A stretch of DNA of 64,000 bases from an uncultured Bacteroidales bacterium (GCA_964649975.1 CAZYSM010000001.1:2987-66986), one strand, 5' to 3'. Counted from the first letter of the stretch, positions 27,575 to 38,458 are shown. The notes: a model not told the origin generated them from the letters alone. Translations and numbers: made by a program.

Positions 27575-28570
27575 TCAACCCATTATCAATTTATCAGCAT
27601 ACAATTGTCTATCAATGGCTTTTATTCCCTCATATTTTTTTCCGTTAATCTCAAAAGTATATTCACGGTTTTTATCAGCCCTGGAATAATCCAGCAAAAG
27701 ACCGCAGGCAGTGCGTATCAGATTCTCATCAGCCCTGGCATCCAGAATGCCAATTGGGCCAATGACACCTTCTGGCAAAAATATTTTTACAAAACGTCCA
27801 AGTTCATCCTCATATTTTTCAAACTGCTTTGTTTCCTTCTCATTACGGGAAACAATAAACAATTTATCATCAAACCAGAAATGGCGTCCGTGGCGGATAA
27901 TATAAAAATCGGAAACCAGATATTGATAATGCTGAGAAAAACGCTTAAGACGCTGGGCAAATCCGGTTACAGTGAGCAGACACCCGCCGGCAGGGGTTTT
28001 ATAATCCTTAATCCCCAGCTGTTCAATCAATTCCAGCTGGCGTTTACGCTGTTTACCCTTGATATTCAACAGTTTGTCAGGGTCAATGACGCCGAGTTTT
28101 TCGGGGATGGTAGTAGGAAAATAGCGTATCGAGAGTGGCCGGACAAGGTAATCAGCAATTTCGCCAAGGTCTTTTGTCATTTTATCAATATTATGTCGAG
28201 TCTGGCTTTTACCCCGCTGTCCCAGCACCTCACCTGTTGCAAGGAAAAAGTTTCCTTTTCCGAAACGTTCCAGCCCCCATTCCCATGCCTGTATAATCAT
28301 AAACTGGTGGCAATCAAGACATGGATTAAAAAAACGGCCATAGCCATATTTTGGGGTAAACAAAACCTGTTCAATATATTGCTGCTGCCGCATCAGTATT
28401 ACAAGTTTTGCGCCGATTTGATCCTCAGCCAGATGCTTAAGATGGTCGTAATCGGCATTAACAAAACCTGTCTCTACATACACGGCATAAGTCTCCAATC
28501 CCTGGTCTTTAAGTAATTTAAGCGCAATAGTGGAGTCCAGGCCTCCACTGAACAATACAAGTGCTTTCAT
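27575..28570 (-). CDS. PP-loop ATP pyrophosphatase, ThiI-like tRNA sulfurtransferase core without THUMP domain
   Basis: The N-terminus opens directly with the PP-loop LVLFSGGLDST. Also has NPCLDCH and ThiI-like ATGEVLGQRGKSQ, plus about 130 aa of unassigned C-terminus. Confidence 0.55.
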   Translation of the reverse strand: MKALVLFSGGLDSTIALKLLKDQGLETYAVYVETGFVNADYDHLKHLAEDQIGAKLVILMRQQQYIEQVLFTPKYGYGRFFNPCLDCHQFMIIQAWEWGLERFGKGNFFLATGEVLGQRGKSQTRHNIDKMTKDLGEIADYLVRPLSIRYFPTTIPEKLGVIDPDKLLNIKGKQRKRQLELIEQLGIKDYKTPAGGCLLTVTGFAQRLKRFSQHYQYLVSDFYIIRHGRHFWFDDKLFIVSRNEKETKQFEKYEDELGRFVKIFLPEGVIGPIGILDARADENLIRTACGLLLDYSRADKNREYTFEINGKKYEGIKAIDRQLYADKLIMG

Positions 28571-28582
28571 ATCCTGATGTTT

Positions 28583-29134
28583 TTATTGATTTGATTTTGA
28601 GAAAAAAGAGAAATTAACGTGTCCGTAATGCTTTTTGCGGATAAAAGCAGGATGAGAAGAAAAATCGTATTCCTTGGGATGCTCAAGAATAAAAAGGCTA
28701 TCCTGGGGGAAAGAGGTATTACCCAATACCATATCAGGCAGCTGTGGCAGTTGTTTCATATCAAAAGGCGGATCTGCAAAAATAATATCATAATCAAGAG
28801 AGGCATGGGTCAAAAATTCCAGCACATCATCACGGATAATATTGAACACAACAGGTTTATCTCCGAAAAGTTCGTTAACCTGTTTCCGGATAAAAGCAAC
28901 ATATTTTGGATTTTTCTCAACCATTGTAATTTCGGCCACTCCTCGGGAAGCAAACTCATAGCTAATACTGCCACTGCCTGCAAAAAGGTCTAAAATCCTC
29001 AGTCCTTCAAAATCATACCAGCTGTTGAGAGAGCTAAACAAACCTTCTTTGGCAAAGTCCGTAGTAGGACGGTCGTGAAAATATTTTGGGAGTTTCAGGA
29101 TTTTACCTTTCCAAATCCCTGAAATTATCCGCAT
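28583..29134 (-). CDS. rsmD: 16S rRNA (guanine966-N2)-methyltransferase RsmD
   Basis: Motifs MRIISG..KG, DLFAGSGS (SAM binding) and FADPPF (the DPPY-type motif). Confidence 0.85.
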   Translation of the reverse strand: MRIISGIWKGKILKLPKYFHDRPTTDFAKEGLFSSLNSWYDFEGLRILDLFAGSGSISYEFASRGVAEITMVEKNPKYVAFIRKQVNELFGDKPVVFNIIRDDVLEFLTHASLDYDIIFADPPFDMKQLPQLPDMVLGNTSFPQDSLFILEHPKEYDFSSHPAFIRKKHYGHVNFSFFSKSNQ

Positions 29135-29158
29135 AAAAAAATTTTTAATTTAATGAGG

Positions 29159-29166
29159 CAAAAATA
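29159..29166 (-). promoter_or_regulatory. -7 promoter box TATTTTTG (minus strand) upstream of rsmD
   Basis: The plus strand reads caaaaata. The box is 25 nt upstream of the ATG at 29134. Confidence 0.55.
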
Positions 29167-29246
29167 TTTATTTTCTACTGAAAAATAACATTTAAAGTTT
29201 TGTATTTTCTTAAAAATTCCTTTTTTCGCAAAATATTTAATAGTTT

Positions 29247-29254
29247 TATCTTTG
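29247..29254 (+). promoter_or_regulatory. -7 promoter box TATCTTTG
   Basis: Perfect match, 29 nt upstream of the ATG at 29283. The ORF-track start at 29259 is therefore unlikely. Confidence 0.6.
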
Positions 29255-29282
29255 TATTTTGAAACACGTCACAAAAGAGGAT

Positions 29283-29912
29283 ATGGAAACTCAGAAAAAT
29301 AAAAAAAGCGCTCCGCTGTTCCAGCAGGTCTTACGCGCCCGTTATGGAAACAACATCCTGAAACTGATAGAATATACCAAGACCATTCAAGACAGGAATA
29401 AACGTAATCAGGCAGCCAGACGCATAATAGAAGCCATGCGGATAATAAACAAAGACATCACGCAAATAGAAGATTACGAAAAAATCCTGTGGAATCATCT
29501 GGCTATACTGGCCAATTACGAATTGGACATAGATTATCCGTATCCTATTATTCCGGCCGAGGATTATAACCGCAAACCAGAAAAAATTGATTATCCCAAC
29601 CAGAATATCCGCTACCGCCATTATGGAAAAATCATTGAGGAAATGATACAAAAGGCTATAGAAACCGAGGACGAGAAACTAAAGGAAGAATTGGTCAAGA
29701 GCATACTGATACAAATGAAGCGTTCGTATCTGATGTATGCACACGCAGGGGATTATGTAAAGGATGATGTCATACTCCGGGATTTTGAACGTCTTAGCCG
29801 TGGCCAGCTCAAAGTGCCCAAGGGTTTTTCGTTCCCACATTCCAAAGAACTGGTAGAAAAGCTTTATCAGTATCGCAAAGCCAATGTAAAAAAGAACTTC
29901 AGAGAGAACTAA
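29283..29912 (+). CDS. Conserved hypothetical protein (possibly DUF4290 family)
   Basis: About 209 aa, helical and basic. The family assignment is from memory only. Confidence 0.35.
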   Translation: METQKNKKSAPLFQQVLRARYGNNILKLIEYTKTIQDRNKRNQAARRIIEAMRIINKDITQIEDYEKILWNHLAILANYELDIDYPYPIIPAEDYNRKPEKIDYPNQNIRYRHYGKIIEEMIQKAIETEDEKLKEELVKSILIQMKRSYLMYAHAGDYVKDDVILRDFERLSRGQLKVPKGFSFPHSKELVEKLYQYRKANVKKNFREN

Positions 29913-29924
29913 AAAACGGCAAAA

Positions 29925-31445
29925 GTGATCAAAAGACTGCATTGGTTAGTAATCAAATCCTTTTTTCCTCCGTTTATTGCTACTTTTATTGTGGCCATTT
30001 TCGTGTTGATATTGCAATTTTTATGGCTTTACGTTGACGACCTTGTAGGAAAAGGATTAGCTGCCTGGGTAATAATCAAGCTGCTTTTTTATGCTTCCAT
30101 CCAGGTAGTTCCACTGGCTATGCCTATCTCGGTGATGCTCTCCTCCATGATGACTTTCGGAAACATGGGTGAAAATTATGAACTCACCGCAATAAAATCC
30201 GCTGGCATCTCGCTGGTGCGGGTATATACTCCACTGATTGTCATCAGCGCAATAATTGGAATATTAACCTTTTATTTTGCCGACAAAATTGTGCCTGCAG
30301 CCAACCTGAAGCTGCAAACAATGCTTTTTGACATACGTCAGCGTCATCCTGCACTGAACTTTGAAGAAGGGATTTTTAACTATGACGTAGAAGGTTACGT
30401 CATCCGCATAGGCAAGAAAAATCCCAACAATGACATGATGTATAATTTCATCATTTATGATCATAAAAACGCCATTGCGAATAACCGTCTGATAACAGCT
30501 GATTCTGGCACACTACGCGTAACCAAGGATTTCAAATACCTGATAGCTGACCTGTATAATGGACACCAGTATGAAGAACAAAAAGAAGAGGAAGTTGATT
30601 TTGCCAAACGGCATTTTCCGCATACCGAGGATAAATTCTCACATTATCGCGTAATAATAAAACTGGAAGGCTTTCAGCTGAAAGAAACTGACGAACGTCT
30701 GTTCAAGTCTAATTACCAGATGCTTTCAGCACGCCAGCTCAGGCACAAGATAGACTCTTTGAAAATGGCCTATCGCAGACGCAAGAAATTTTATGAGAGC
30801 GTGCTTTTGGATAATTATATGTTTGTCCGGGCTATAAAACTTTACAGCCGTAAAGACACATTTAACTATTACAACGAACTTAAAATCTGGAGACAAATTC
30901 CGCCAAAAAAATTGCCCATAGTAGTCAATACCGACAGCCTGTATAATTCTATGGATATAAGCTCCAGGCAGGAAGCTATAACACGTGCTCTAAACTTTGC
31001 CAACCGCATAGTATCACAGCTGAAGATGGCAAGGATAGACCTCAAAAGTAAACGTATATGGATTGCCAAGCACGAAATAGCTTATTACCGTAAATTCACA
31101 TTCTCTATTGCCTGTTTGATTTTCTTTTTCATAGGAGCCCCAATAGGTTCAATCATCCGCAAAGGCGGATTTGGTTTCCCGGCAATAGCTTCTGTGCTGA
31201 TATTCCTTCTGTATTATGTTATCTCCATATCAAGCGAAAATCTTATCCTCCAGGGTGGCCTCAATCCTGAATTCGGAATGTGGATTGCAACTATTGTTTT
31301 TATCCCTATCAGTGGCTATCTGATGTATAAAGTAGCTACCGACAAGGTTATTACAAACATAGACTACTACCTGACTTTAATTAAGGATTTCCTGAAAAAA
31401 ATAGGTAAATTCACCATCAGAAAAGCTAAAAAACTTTATAAATGA
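29925..31445 (+). CDS. LptF/LptG-family (YjgP/YjgQ) LPS export permease
   Basis: GTG start. N-terminal TM bundle (IKSFFPPFIATFIVAIFVLILQFLW), a large periplasmic insert and C-terminal TM helices. Confidence 0.8.
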   Translation: MIKRLHWLVIKSFFPPFIATFIVAIFVLILQFLWLYVDDLVGKGLAAWVIIKLLFYASIQVVPLAMPISVMLSSMMTFGNMGENYELTAIKSAGISLVRVYTPLIVISAIIGILTFYFADKIVPAANLKLQTMLFDIRQRHPALNFEEGIFNYDVEGYVIRIGKKNPNNDMMYNFIIYDHKNAIANNRLITADSGTLRVTKDFKYLIADLYNGHQYEEQKEEEVDFAKRHFPHTEDKFSHYRVIIKLEGFQLKETDERLFKSNYQMLSARQLRHKIDSLKMAYRRRKKFYESVLLDNYMFVRAIKLYSRKDTFNYYNELKIWRQIPPKKLPIVVNTDSLYNSMDISSRQEAITRALNFANRIVSQLKMARIDLKSKRIWIAKHEIAYYRKFTFSIACLIFFFIGAPIGSIIRKGGFGFPAIASVLIFLLYYVISISSENLILQGGLNPEFGMWIATIVFIPISGYLMYKVATDKVITNIDYYLTLIKDFLKKIGKFTIRKAKKLYK

Positions 31446-32626
31446 ATCTGCTTGTTCTCTCATATCACGATGATGATTTCCGCCTGCTAACACAATATAC
31501 CATTCCTACGCTAAATAAACTGATAAAAAAACAGGTGTTTATTACCCTGTTATATGTTCATCCCGAAGGATACAACATTGAAGAAATTTTCAAACTCGCT
31601 GACAATAATATTGAAATACGCAATATTGCTTTTGAAAAGAAAAAAAATTACCTCTGCTTTGCCGAAAGTTTTTTTGAACCAGAGAATAAAACAAAGATTA
31701 TAAATATCCTGGAAGAAATCCTTATTGAAAAAACTTTTGATATAATCCAGCTGGATAGCATAATTTTCTCGGTATTCATGCAAAATTTTGCTTCTCTTTC
31801 ACGGGACTCCATGCTTATTTACCGCCAATATCTTGATGAGGTAGGCATGGTGAGTGAAAAATTCCAAAGCTACAAATTACAGATATTCAAAAACTTAAAT
31901 GTAAAAAAACTAACAAACAGATTAAAAAGCGTTCTGGAATTTAATATAAAAAAATTTGACTTTGTTATTACTTCTGTTCCAGATGTTATCCCGGATTACA
32001 GTTATTCAAACAATTATTTCATTCTCCCGGACAAACTACCACAAAAAAGCACAGAGACCAAAAACAAATTACATATAAAAAAAATTTTCTTTGCCGGACC
32101 TCTTTATCTTACCGAGACACAGCGTTCACTCCTGTGGTTCATAAACGAAACATGGGATCAACTTCAGGAACAAACACCAGAAATAGAGCTACACCTATAC
32201 GGAAAATCCGAAAAATGGTTCACTGATATAATCACAAAACACCCACGGGTATTCTATTATTCCCCAGAAGAAACAGACCTGGATACATTCCTTTCGGATA
32301 AAGGCATATTGCTTATACCCTACTCCCGGCCTATGGGCATTTTTCCGGAATTTATCCATGCTATACAAATGGGAAAAGTAATAATTGCCCATACCGAAGC
32401 TATACACGGATGGGGACTTACTGCCATGATTAACTTCATGCCAGCAAGGTCACGCGATCAGTTTATTGAAGCCATTATGCACATTTATAAAAAAAGTGAA
32501 ATCCAGGAATATTTCTCAAAACAAATACTTAAATTCGCACAGGAAAAAATTGACCCGGATTATCTGACAAATATCCTGGTTAATTTTTACCACTTGTTAA
32601 TAAAAAACGAAAAACACTATGAGTAA
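31442..32626 (+). CDS. Hypothetical protein, possibly a divergent GT-B glycosyltransferase
   Basis: Only a weak GT1/GT4-like C-terminal half (…[30 protein letters not shown]…). ATGA overlap with the upstream gene. Confidence 0.3.
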   Translation: MNLLVLSYHDDDFRLLTQYTIPTLNKLIKKQVFITLLYVHPEGYNIEEIFKLADNNIEIRNIAFEKKKNYLCFAESFFEPENKTKIINILEEILIEKTFDIIQLDSIIFSVFMQNFASLSRDSMLIYRQYLDEVGMVSEKFQSYKLQIFKNLNVKKLTNRLKSVLEFNIKKFDFVITSVPDVIPDYSYSNNYFILPDKLPQKSTETKNKLHIKKIFFAGPLYLTETQRSLLWFINETWDQLQEQTPEIELHLYGKSEKWFTDIITKHPRVFYYSPEETDLDTFLSDKGILLIPYSRPMGIFPEFIHAIQMGKVIIAHTEAIHGWGLTAMINFMPARSRDQFIEAIMHIYKKSEIQEYFSKQILKFAQEKIDPDYLTNILVNFYHLLIKNEKHYE

Positions 32627-33869
32627 CGATTATAAATTCAATACCATAGAAGAAGCTATCAAAGCCATTAAGAACGGTGAGATAGTTATTGTTGTAGATG
32701 ACGAGAAACGCGAGAACGAAGGCGATTTCATAACTGCAGCCGAACTTATCACTCCCGAGAAGGTCAATTTTATGGCCAAATACGGACGAGGCCTTATTTG
32801 CGTGGCCCTGCCAGAGGAAAGATGTGAGGAACTTGACCTGCAACTTATGGTAGGACGTAATACCTCGCTCCACGGAACAAACTTTACTGTTTCGGTTGAC
32901 CTTAAAGGAAATGGTGTCACAACCGGCATATCCGCCTTTGACCGTGCCAAGACAATTAAAGCCCTGGTGGACCCTAAGACCAGGGCCGAAGACCTGGCAC
33001 GTCCAGGACATATTTTCCCTCTAAAAGCCCACTCGGAAGGCGTATTGCGCCGTGCCGGCCATACCGAAGCTGCTGTGGATTTGACACGCCTGGCCGGACT
33101 TACCCCCGGAGGAGCGCTGGTGGAAATTATGAATGACGACGGTTCTATGGCACGGGTGCCTGAACTGATGAAAGTTGCACAAAAATTTAACCTGAAAATC
33201 ATTACAATTAAAGACCTGATAGCATACCGTCTGGAAAATGAAAGTCTCATTGAAATAGGCGAGAGAATTTTCCTCCCAACAAAATACGGAGAATTTGACC
33301 TTATTCCGTTCCGTGAGAGAAAAACCGGACTGGAACATCTGGCACTCATCAAAGGCGAGTGGGAACCTGACGAACCTGTACTGGTACGTGTGCACTCCTC
33401 CTGCGTTACGGGCGACATCCTGGGATCAATGCGATGCGATTGTGGAGACCAGCTCCACGAAGCTATGCGTATGATAGACCGCGAAGGCAAAGGCGTATTG
33501 GTCTATATGAATCAGGAAGGACGAGGCATTGGCCTGTTCAACAAAATAAAAGCTTACAAACTACAGGAACAGGGGCTGGATACTGTGGAAGCTAATCTCA
33601 AACTGGGTTTTGCCGATGATGAACGTGATTATGGCATTGGTGCACAAATACTCCGATCCATAGGCGTTCACAAAATGCGGCTGATGACCAATAACCCTAC
33701 CAAAAAAATTGCTCTGGAAGGATATGGACTGGAAATAGTTGAGATAGTACCAATTGAAGTGCCCCCTAACGAATACAACAAGTTTTATATGAAGACCAAA
33801 AAGGAAAAAATGGGGCACATGCTTAAACGTTTTAATTACGACGGTGGATTTTTCTGCAGTAGAAGATAA
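32619..33869 (+). CDS. ribBA: Bifunctional 3,4-dihydroxy-2-butanone-4-phosphate synthase / GTP cyclohydrolase II
   Basis: RibB half ([21 protein letters not shown]) and RibA half ([21 protein letters not shown], the zinc site). Confidence 0.95.
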   Translation: MSNDYKFNTIEEAIKAIKNGEIVIVVDDEKRENEGDFITAAELITPEKVNFMAKYGRGLICVALPEERCEELDLQLMVGRNTSLHGTNFTVSVDLKGNGVTTGISAFDRAKTIKALVDPKTRAEDLARPGHIFPLKAHSEGVLRRAGHTEAAVDLTRLAGLTPGGALVEIMNDDGSMARVPELMKVAQKFNLKIITIKDLIAYRLENESLIEIGERIFLPTKYGEFDLIPFRERKTGLEHLALIKGEWEPDEPVLVRVHSSCVTGDILGSMRCDCGDQLHEAMRMIDREGKGVLVYMNQEGRGIGLFNKIKAYKLQEQGLDTVEANLKLGFADDERDYGIGAQILRSIGVHKMRLMTNNPTKKIALEGYGLEIVEIVPIEVPPNEYNKFYMKTKKEKMGHMLKRFNYDGGFFCSRR

Positions 33870-33881
33870 AAACATACTCTT

Positions 33882-34889
33882 ATGCTTCCTTTGTTGCGTA
33901 CCGTGGTTGATATTCCGCAGCTGACCCCCAAAATAACTTATGGATCGCGGATTATGTTCCTTGGATCCTGTTTCAGCGAGGAAATAGGGGCTAAATTTGA
34001 ACAATACCTGTTTGACACGGATATAAATCCTTTTGGCATAATATACAATCCAGCAAGCGTTTACAACAGCCTGAAAATTCTGCTGGATAACCGTCTTTTC
34101 ACGGAAAAAGATTTATTCCGCCGCGGACAAACCTGGCTGAGTTTCAATCATCACAGCCGGTTTTCTGGCACATCCAAATCCGAAGTTCTGGAAAAAATAA
34201 ATGCACGGATAAGTGCCTCCAGACAAATGCTGGAGAAAGCTGATTATCTTTTCATAACTTTTGGTACGGCCTGGGTATATATCCTTAACGAGACAGGACA
34301 AATTGTTTCCAACTGCCACAAGTTACCACAAAAGCTTTTCACCCGGAGAATGCTGGAAACTGATGAGATTGTGGAAATGTACCAAACCCTTATCCCCGAC
34401 TTGTGGAAATTCAACCCTAATCTAAATATCGTTTTCACCATCAGCCCGGTGCGTCACTGGAAGGATGGCGCTGTGGGTAATCATTACAGCAAATCAGTGT
34501 TAATGGTTGCTATACAAAAAATAATGAAGAATTTTCCGCAGGTAAAATATTTTCCTTCTTACGAAATTATAATGGACGAATTGCGTGATTACCGTTTCTA
34601 TGACCAGGACATGCTGCACATATCACCCCAGGGAGTAGATTATATATGGCTAAGATTTTCAGATGCTTTCTTTGATGAAACCACTCGCAAGACTATGTCA
34701 GATGTGGAAAAGGTTGTCAAAGCCTCGCAACACCGTCCGCAAAACAAGGATACTGATGAATACAGAAAATTCCTTGCTTCAACTATTGAAAAAATCATGA
34801 TTATCAAAAAACATCATCCTTACATAAAAATAGACCATTTACTGGAATATTTCTTAAATGAGCAAAAAACTTACGGCTATGCAGATTAA
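33882..34889 (+). CDS. GSCFA-domain protein
   Basis: Contains the family-naming motif (FLGSCFSEEIG) near the N-terminus. Confidence 0.7.
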   Translation: MLPLLRTVVDIPQLTPKITYGSRIMFLGSCFSEEIGAKFEQYLFDTDINPFGIIYNPASVYNSLKILLDNRLFTEKDLFRRGQTWLSFNHHSRFSGTSKSEVLEKINARISASRQMLEKADYLFITFGTAWVYILNETGQIVSNCHKLPQKLFTRRMLETDEIVEMYQTLIPDLWKFNPNLNIVFTISPVRHWKDGAVGNHYSKSVLMVAIQKIMKNFPQVKYFPSYEIIMDELRDYRFYDQDMLHISPQGVDYIWLRFSDAFFDETTRKTMSDVEKVVKASQHRPQNKDTDEYRKFLASTIEKIMIIKKHHPYIKIDHLLEYFLNEQKTYGYAD

Positions 34890-35517
34890 TACCAGAAATA
34901 TAAAAGCCATAGTTTTTGACCTTGGTAATGTGCTTATCCCTATAGATTGGCCACGTTCAAAAAAATGTTTTGAAAATATCTCAAACACAACTATAAGTCC
35001 CGAAATTGAGACACAGCTGGAAGAAATTGCCACTGCCTCGGAAAAAGGCCTTATTACCGAAAATGAATTTAGAGAACGGTTCTGTGCTGCACTAAAGGCC
35101 TCCATTGACAAAGAAACTTTTGATAAGTGCTGGAACAGTATTATCATAGATTATCCGCAGCAAAGCCGCCTCCTGACATACCTGCTGGCAGAAAAATATG
35201 ACATTTACATTTTATCCAACCTCAACTCCATACATTACCGGTATATCAAAACGCTTCCCCTGTGGGATGAGAAACCTTTTAAAAAACTTTTCTTATCTTT
35301 CAGAATGCTTTCTGTAAAGCCTGAAAAAGAAATTTTTGAAAAACTTATTAAAGAAATAAATGTAAAACCCGAAGAAATTATTTACTTTGACGACAGAACA
35401 GACCATATTGCCACAGCCCGCAGTATGGGTATAAATGCCGTGATTGTCAAGGACAGAAACACTCTGGCAACTGTAGCGCAATATTTTCCGTTTGTAAAAG
35501 AAAAAATTAATACCTAA
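34879..35517 (+). CDS. HAD-superfamily hydrolase (subfamily IA-like)
   Basis: Motif I is IVFDLGNVLI and motif IV-like is YFDDRTDHI. An alternative start at 34858 is possible. Confidence 0.75.
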   Translation: MQINTRNIKAIVFDLGNVLIPIDWPRSKKCFENISNTTISPEIETQLEEIATASEKGLITENEFRERFCAALKASIDKETFDKCWNSIIIDYPQQSRLLTYLLAEKYDIYILSNLNSIHYRYIKTLPLWDEKPFKKLFLSFRMLSVKPEKEIFEKLIKEINVKPEEIIYFDDRTDHIATARSMGINAVIVKDRNTLATVAQYFPFVKEKINT

Positions 35518-35518
35518 A

Positions 35519-36463
35519 ATGGCACGGGTAAAAAAATTTGACATACAGAACCTTCAACACGAAGAAGAAAGCGAACTTATAAAAAATCTAAAAAAAATAT
35601 TCAGCTATCTGCTAACTATCTTTTTCCTGACCATGATTTTTTACATCATTGCAGCAGCTTTCATCAAAACACCTCAGCAACGCTTGCTTGAATATGAAAC
35701 AGCTACTCTGAAAAAAGAATATCAACGTCAATATCAACAATACAAACAGCTGGAAAAAGCTGTAAATCAGCTGGAACAAAAAGACAGGGATATTTATAAA
35801 GTAATCTTTGAAGCCGAAGCCCCCCAGGAAGAACCTTTAACCAACTTTGACACCCTGGAAAAAATGCGGATTAAACAAATTGTACGCTGGAATACCAGGG
35901 ATCTGGAAAATCAACTCAAACAATGGCCACAAATAAACAAACAATACAAAGAACTGGTATCCTACGTAAAAACACATCAGGATAGTCTCAGATATATCCC
36001 TTCTATCCAGCCCATAGAGAACAATAACCTGCAATTTATCATTTATGGCTATGGCCGTAAAATTGACCCTGTTTACAAAACTCCAAGTTTCCATAGAGGA
36101 ATAGACTTTGCTGCTCCTGGTGGAACCCCGGTATTTGCCACTGCTGACGGAAAAGTTATTGAAGCTAATCAAAAGGTCAGAGGTCTGGGATTACACGTTG
36201 TCATTGACCACGGAAATGGTTTCCGTACATTATATGCTCACATGAGCGAGATCAACGTATCAAAAGGACAAAAAGTAAAAAGAGGCGATGTCATTGGATC
36301 TGTTGGTAACACAGGTAAAGCTCTTTTACCGCATCTACACTATGAAATTACTTACAAAGGACACTCAATCAACCCTATTTATTTCTTTTTTGCAGAACTC
36401 TCGCCTTCAAAATATTATAAGATGAAAAAAGAAGCCGAGCGCAGCGGCATCAGCCTGGACTAA
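35519..36463 (+). CDS. M23-family metallopeptidase with N-terminal TM helix and coiled coil (EnvC/NlpD-like)
   Basis: Motifs HRGIDFAA...GG and PHLHYEI. Confidence 0.85.
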   Translation: MARVKKFDIQNLQHEEESELIKNLKKIFSYLLTIFFLTMIFYIIAAAFIKTPQQRLLEYETATLKKEYQRQYQQYKQLEKAVNQLEQKDRDIYKVIFEAEAPQEEPLTNFDTLEKMRIKQIVRWNTRDLENQLKQWPQINKQYKELVSYVKTHQDSLRYIPSIQPIENNNLQFIIYGYGRKIDPVYKTPSFHRGIDFAAPGGTPVFATADGKVIEANQKVRGLGLHVVIDHGNGFRTLYAHMSEINVSKGQKVKRGDVIGSVGNTGKALLPHLHYEITYKGHSINPIYFFFAELSPSKYYKMKKEAERSGISLD

Positions 36464-36477
36464 AAAAGCACGGAAAA

Positions 36478-37215
36478 ATGCCCAAAATATCCATTATCAC
36501 CGTTGTCCTCAATGATAAAAAACATATAGAAAGAACAATACAATCCGTTATTTACCAGACCTTTAGAGACATAGAATATATCATCATTGACGGACAGTCA
36601 ACCGACGGCACCCTGGACATTATAAAAAAATACGAGAAACAAATATCCCGTCTTATTAGCGAACCGGATAAAGGCCTCTATGATGCAATGAACAAAGGAC
36701 TGAGGTTAGCCTCAGGCGAGTATGTGCTTTTCCTTAACAGTGGCGATAGACTCTTTGATAATCAAACACTGGAAAAAATTTTCCAGCTACCCCAGGCTGA
36801 TGTATATTACGGAGATGCTCAAATTGTTGACGAACAAGGAAATGTAAAAGGCCTCCGGCGCCTGCGTCCCCCGGAAAACCTCTCATGGAAAGATTTACGC
36901 AGAGGAATGATCGTATCTCATCAAGCTTTTATTGCCCGCAGGAAATTATGCCCGCCTTTTGACCTGCAATATCGCTATTCCGCGGATTATGATTGGATGA
37001 TAAAAGTGCTGAAAAAAGCTTCTAACATTGTCAACACAAAAATGATAATAGTCAAATACCTTGACGGTGGACTGACCAAGAAAAACCTCATGAAAAGCCT
37101 CAAGGAACGCTTTGAAATTATGGTAAAAAATTACGGCCTTGTGCCTACGATAATCCGGCATATTTTCTTTGCCTTCCGCCTTAGTGTATTTTATATAAGA
37201 AACCGCTGGTTCTAA
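36478..37215 (+). CDS. Family 2 glycosyltransferase
   Basis: ISIITVVLND...IIIDGQSTDGT...FLNSGD (DxD-type) GT-A signature. Confidence 0.85.
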   Translation: MPKISIITVVLNDKKHIERTIQSVIYQTFRDIEYIIIDGQSTDGTLDIIKKYEKQISRLISEPDKGLYDAMNKGLRLASGEYVLFLNSGDRLFDNQTLEKIFQLPQADVYYGDAQIVDEQGNVKGLRRLRPPENLSWKDLRRGMIVSHQAFIARRKLCPPFDLQYRYSADYDWMIKVLKKASNIVNTKMIIVKYLDGGLTKKNLMKSLKERFEIMVKNYGLVPTIIRHIFFAFRLSVFYIRNRWF

Positions 37216-37216
37216 C

Positions 37217-38458
37217 TTACTTCATGTGCACAAATCTATATCCCACTACCCTCCAATAATACGGCGCCTGGTCAAGATAATACACAAAAATCAGATAATC
37301 ATTTAAGGTTTGATAAAAATTGCCTTCGGTCAACTGTTCATTAATTTGCCCCTTATCCCAGAACACATATTCGTAATCATAAATTCCCTGCTTCATAAGG
37401 AAAGCACCTTCATAAGCCCCAGTGGCAGGATTAAATTTCAACTTATATTCGGGCCTAATTTTCCAGTTGGAAAAACCACCGAAAAGATATAAATCAGCAT
37501 CAGACAGGCGACGTTTTGTCCACAAGGAAAAGTGCATAACAACATAATCTCCTTGCGTCCATGCATCCGATACATTATTTGCCCGGATAATAAAATTTCC
37601 ATTGGCATCACGGTAAGAAGCATAGGCATTTAGGATATTATCCGGCAGCAAATAACAATGATAAATGGTATCTTCAAGCTCAGCTTTAAAAATACGTCCT
37701 GACTTAAATTTATAATCAACCGACGAAAAAGTGCGGAATTCATTTCCGCCTGGAAAAACATTCAAATCCTCATAGTCATATACCAGACGATTTCCCTGAT
37801 AAAACTTAGGCTGGTCAATGAAACTAACCCTATCGGGACGGAAATTCTGATAAATAGCCAGACGCAAATAATCCCACGGCTGTTGTATGTTATGTCCGCT
37901 AATATCAAAGCTAACGTCAACTTCCTGATGCGTGGCACGTAAGCTGGCTTCAGTAGCTGGTTTAACCTGGACTTCAATAGGTATATTACGCTCCACCACA
38001 ACAAAACGTTTTTGCAAAATTACACTATCCGGATTATTAGCCAGAGTAATGCGCAACAAATAATTACCTGATAATCTAAACCTTACGTTTTCATTCGGAA
38101 AAATTACAGTGTAGTTAAAATAAGATACATAAGTATTAAAAGACTGACTATAATTCCATACCCTGTTCTGGTAGTATCCGTCAATACAATCGTCCGGGAA
38201 AATATCCTCTTCACTCCAATCCCACGAACAATGAATAAAGGAATATTCCAGATTAACAGCCTGGGACTGTAAAATATCAAACCGCAAAGTCAGTGTCTCA
38301 TCGCTGCCAAGTGTTATCACTGGATAAGCTAATTGAGAAACAGAATTATAAAATTTCACGCTTCTGACCAGAGGCGAATAAATAGTATCATTAAAATCCT
38401 GGGAAAAAACTTGAAAAAAAACAAAGAGCCCAAATAATAAAACACTTAATTTTCTCAT
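37217..38458 (-). CDS. DUF5103-type protein (probable type IX secretion system plug protein)
   Basis: Signal peptide. The N-terminal pattern ...VRSVKFYN...YPVITLGSDETLTLRFDIL...YSFIHCSWDW matches my recollection of the DUF5103/T9SS plug family. Not verified by search. Confidence 0.5.
   Translation of the reverse strand: MRKLSVLLFGLFVFFQVFSQDFNDTIYSPLVRSVKFYNSVSQLAYPVITLGSDETLTLRFDILQSQAVNLEYSFIHCSWDWSEEDIFPDDCIDGYYQNRVWNYSQSFNTYVSYFNYTVIFPNENVRFRLSGNYLLRITLANNPDSVILQKRFVVVERNIPIEVQVKPATEASLRATHQEVDVSFDISGHNIQQPWDYLRLAIYQNFRPDRVSFIDQPKFYQGNRLVYDYEDLNVFPGGNEFRTFSSVDYKFKSGRIFKAELEDTIYHCYLLPDNILNAYASYRDANGNFIIRANNVSDAWTQGDYVVMHFSLWTKRRLSDADLYLFGGFSNWKIRPEYKLKFNPATGAYEGAFLMKQGIYDYEYVFWDKGQINEQLTEGNFYQTLNDYLIFVYYLDQAPYYWRVVGYRFVHMK

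Noticed and set aside
27605-28516. 303-aa plus-strand ORF almost fully overlapping the minus-strand PP-loop gene. A stop-free stretch this long is unexpected in an AT-rich genome.
   Set aside because: Its codons are in exact antisense register with the PP-loop gene (both codon sets start at coordinates equal to 2 mod 3). In that register the antisense stops correspond to sense TTA, CTA and TCA codons, so the ORF only shows that the real gene avoids those three codons. The translation is low-complexity with no motif, whereas the minus strand carries SGGLDS and ThiI-like motifs. The same in-register artefact recurs in glmS (51437..52195), tex (41474..42094), gdhA (9603..10166), rho (19426..19959), GT2 (49090..49626) and the OM barrel gene (25031..25561). 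It is a genome-wide codon-bias effect, not overlapping genes.
32560-32626. I looked for an FMN riboswitch upstream of ribBA and a glmS ribozyme upstream of glmS (52961..52970).
   Set aside because: ribBA overlaps the upstream ORF by 8 nt, and glmS has only a 10-nt gap to the upstream gene. There is no room for a structured leader.
32630-33490. 286-aa minus-strand ORF inside ribBA.
   Set aside because: ribBA on the plus strand has unmistakable RibB and RibA motifs over its full length. The antisense product is Ser/Arg/Pro-rich with no motif or start context. It is a shadow ORF of a relatively GC-rich, biased coding region.
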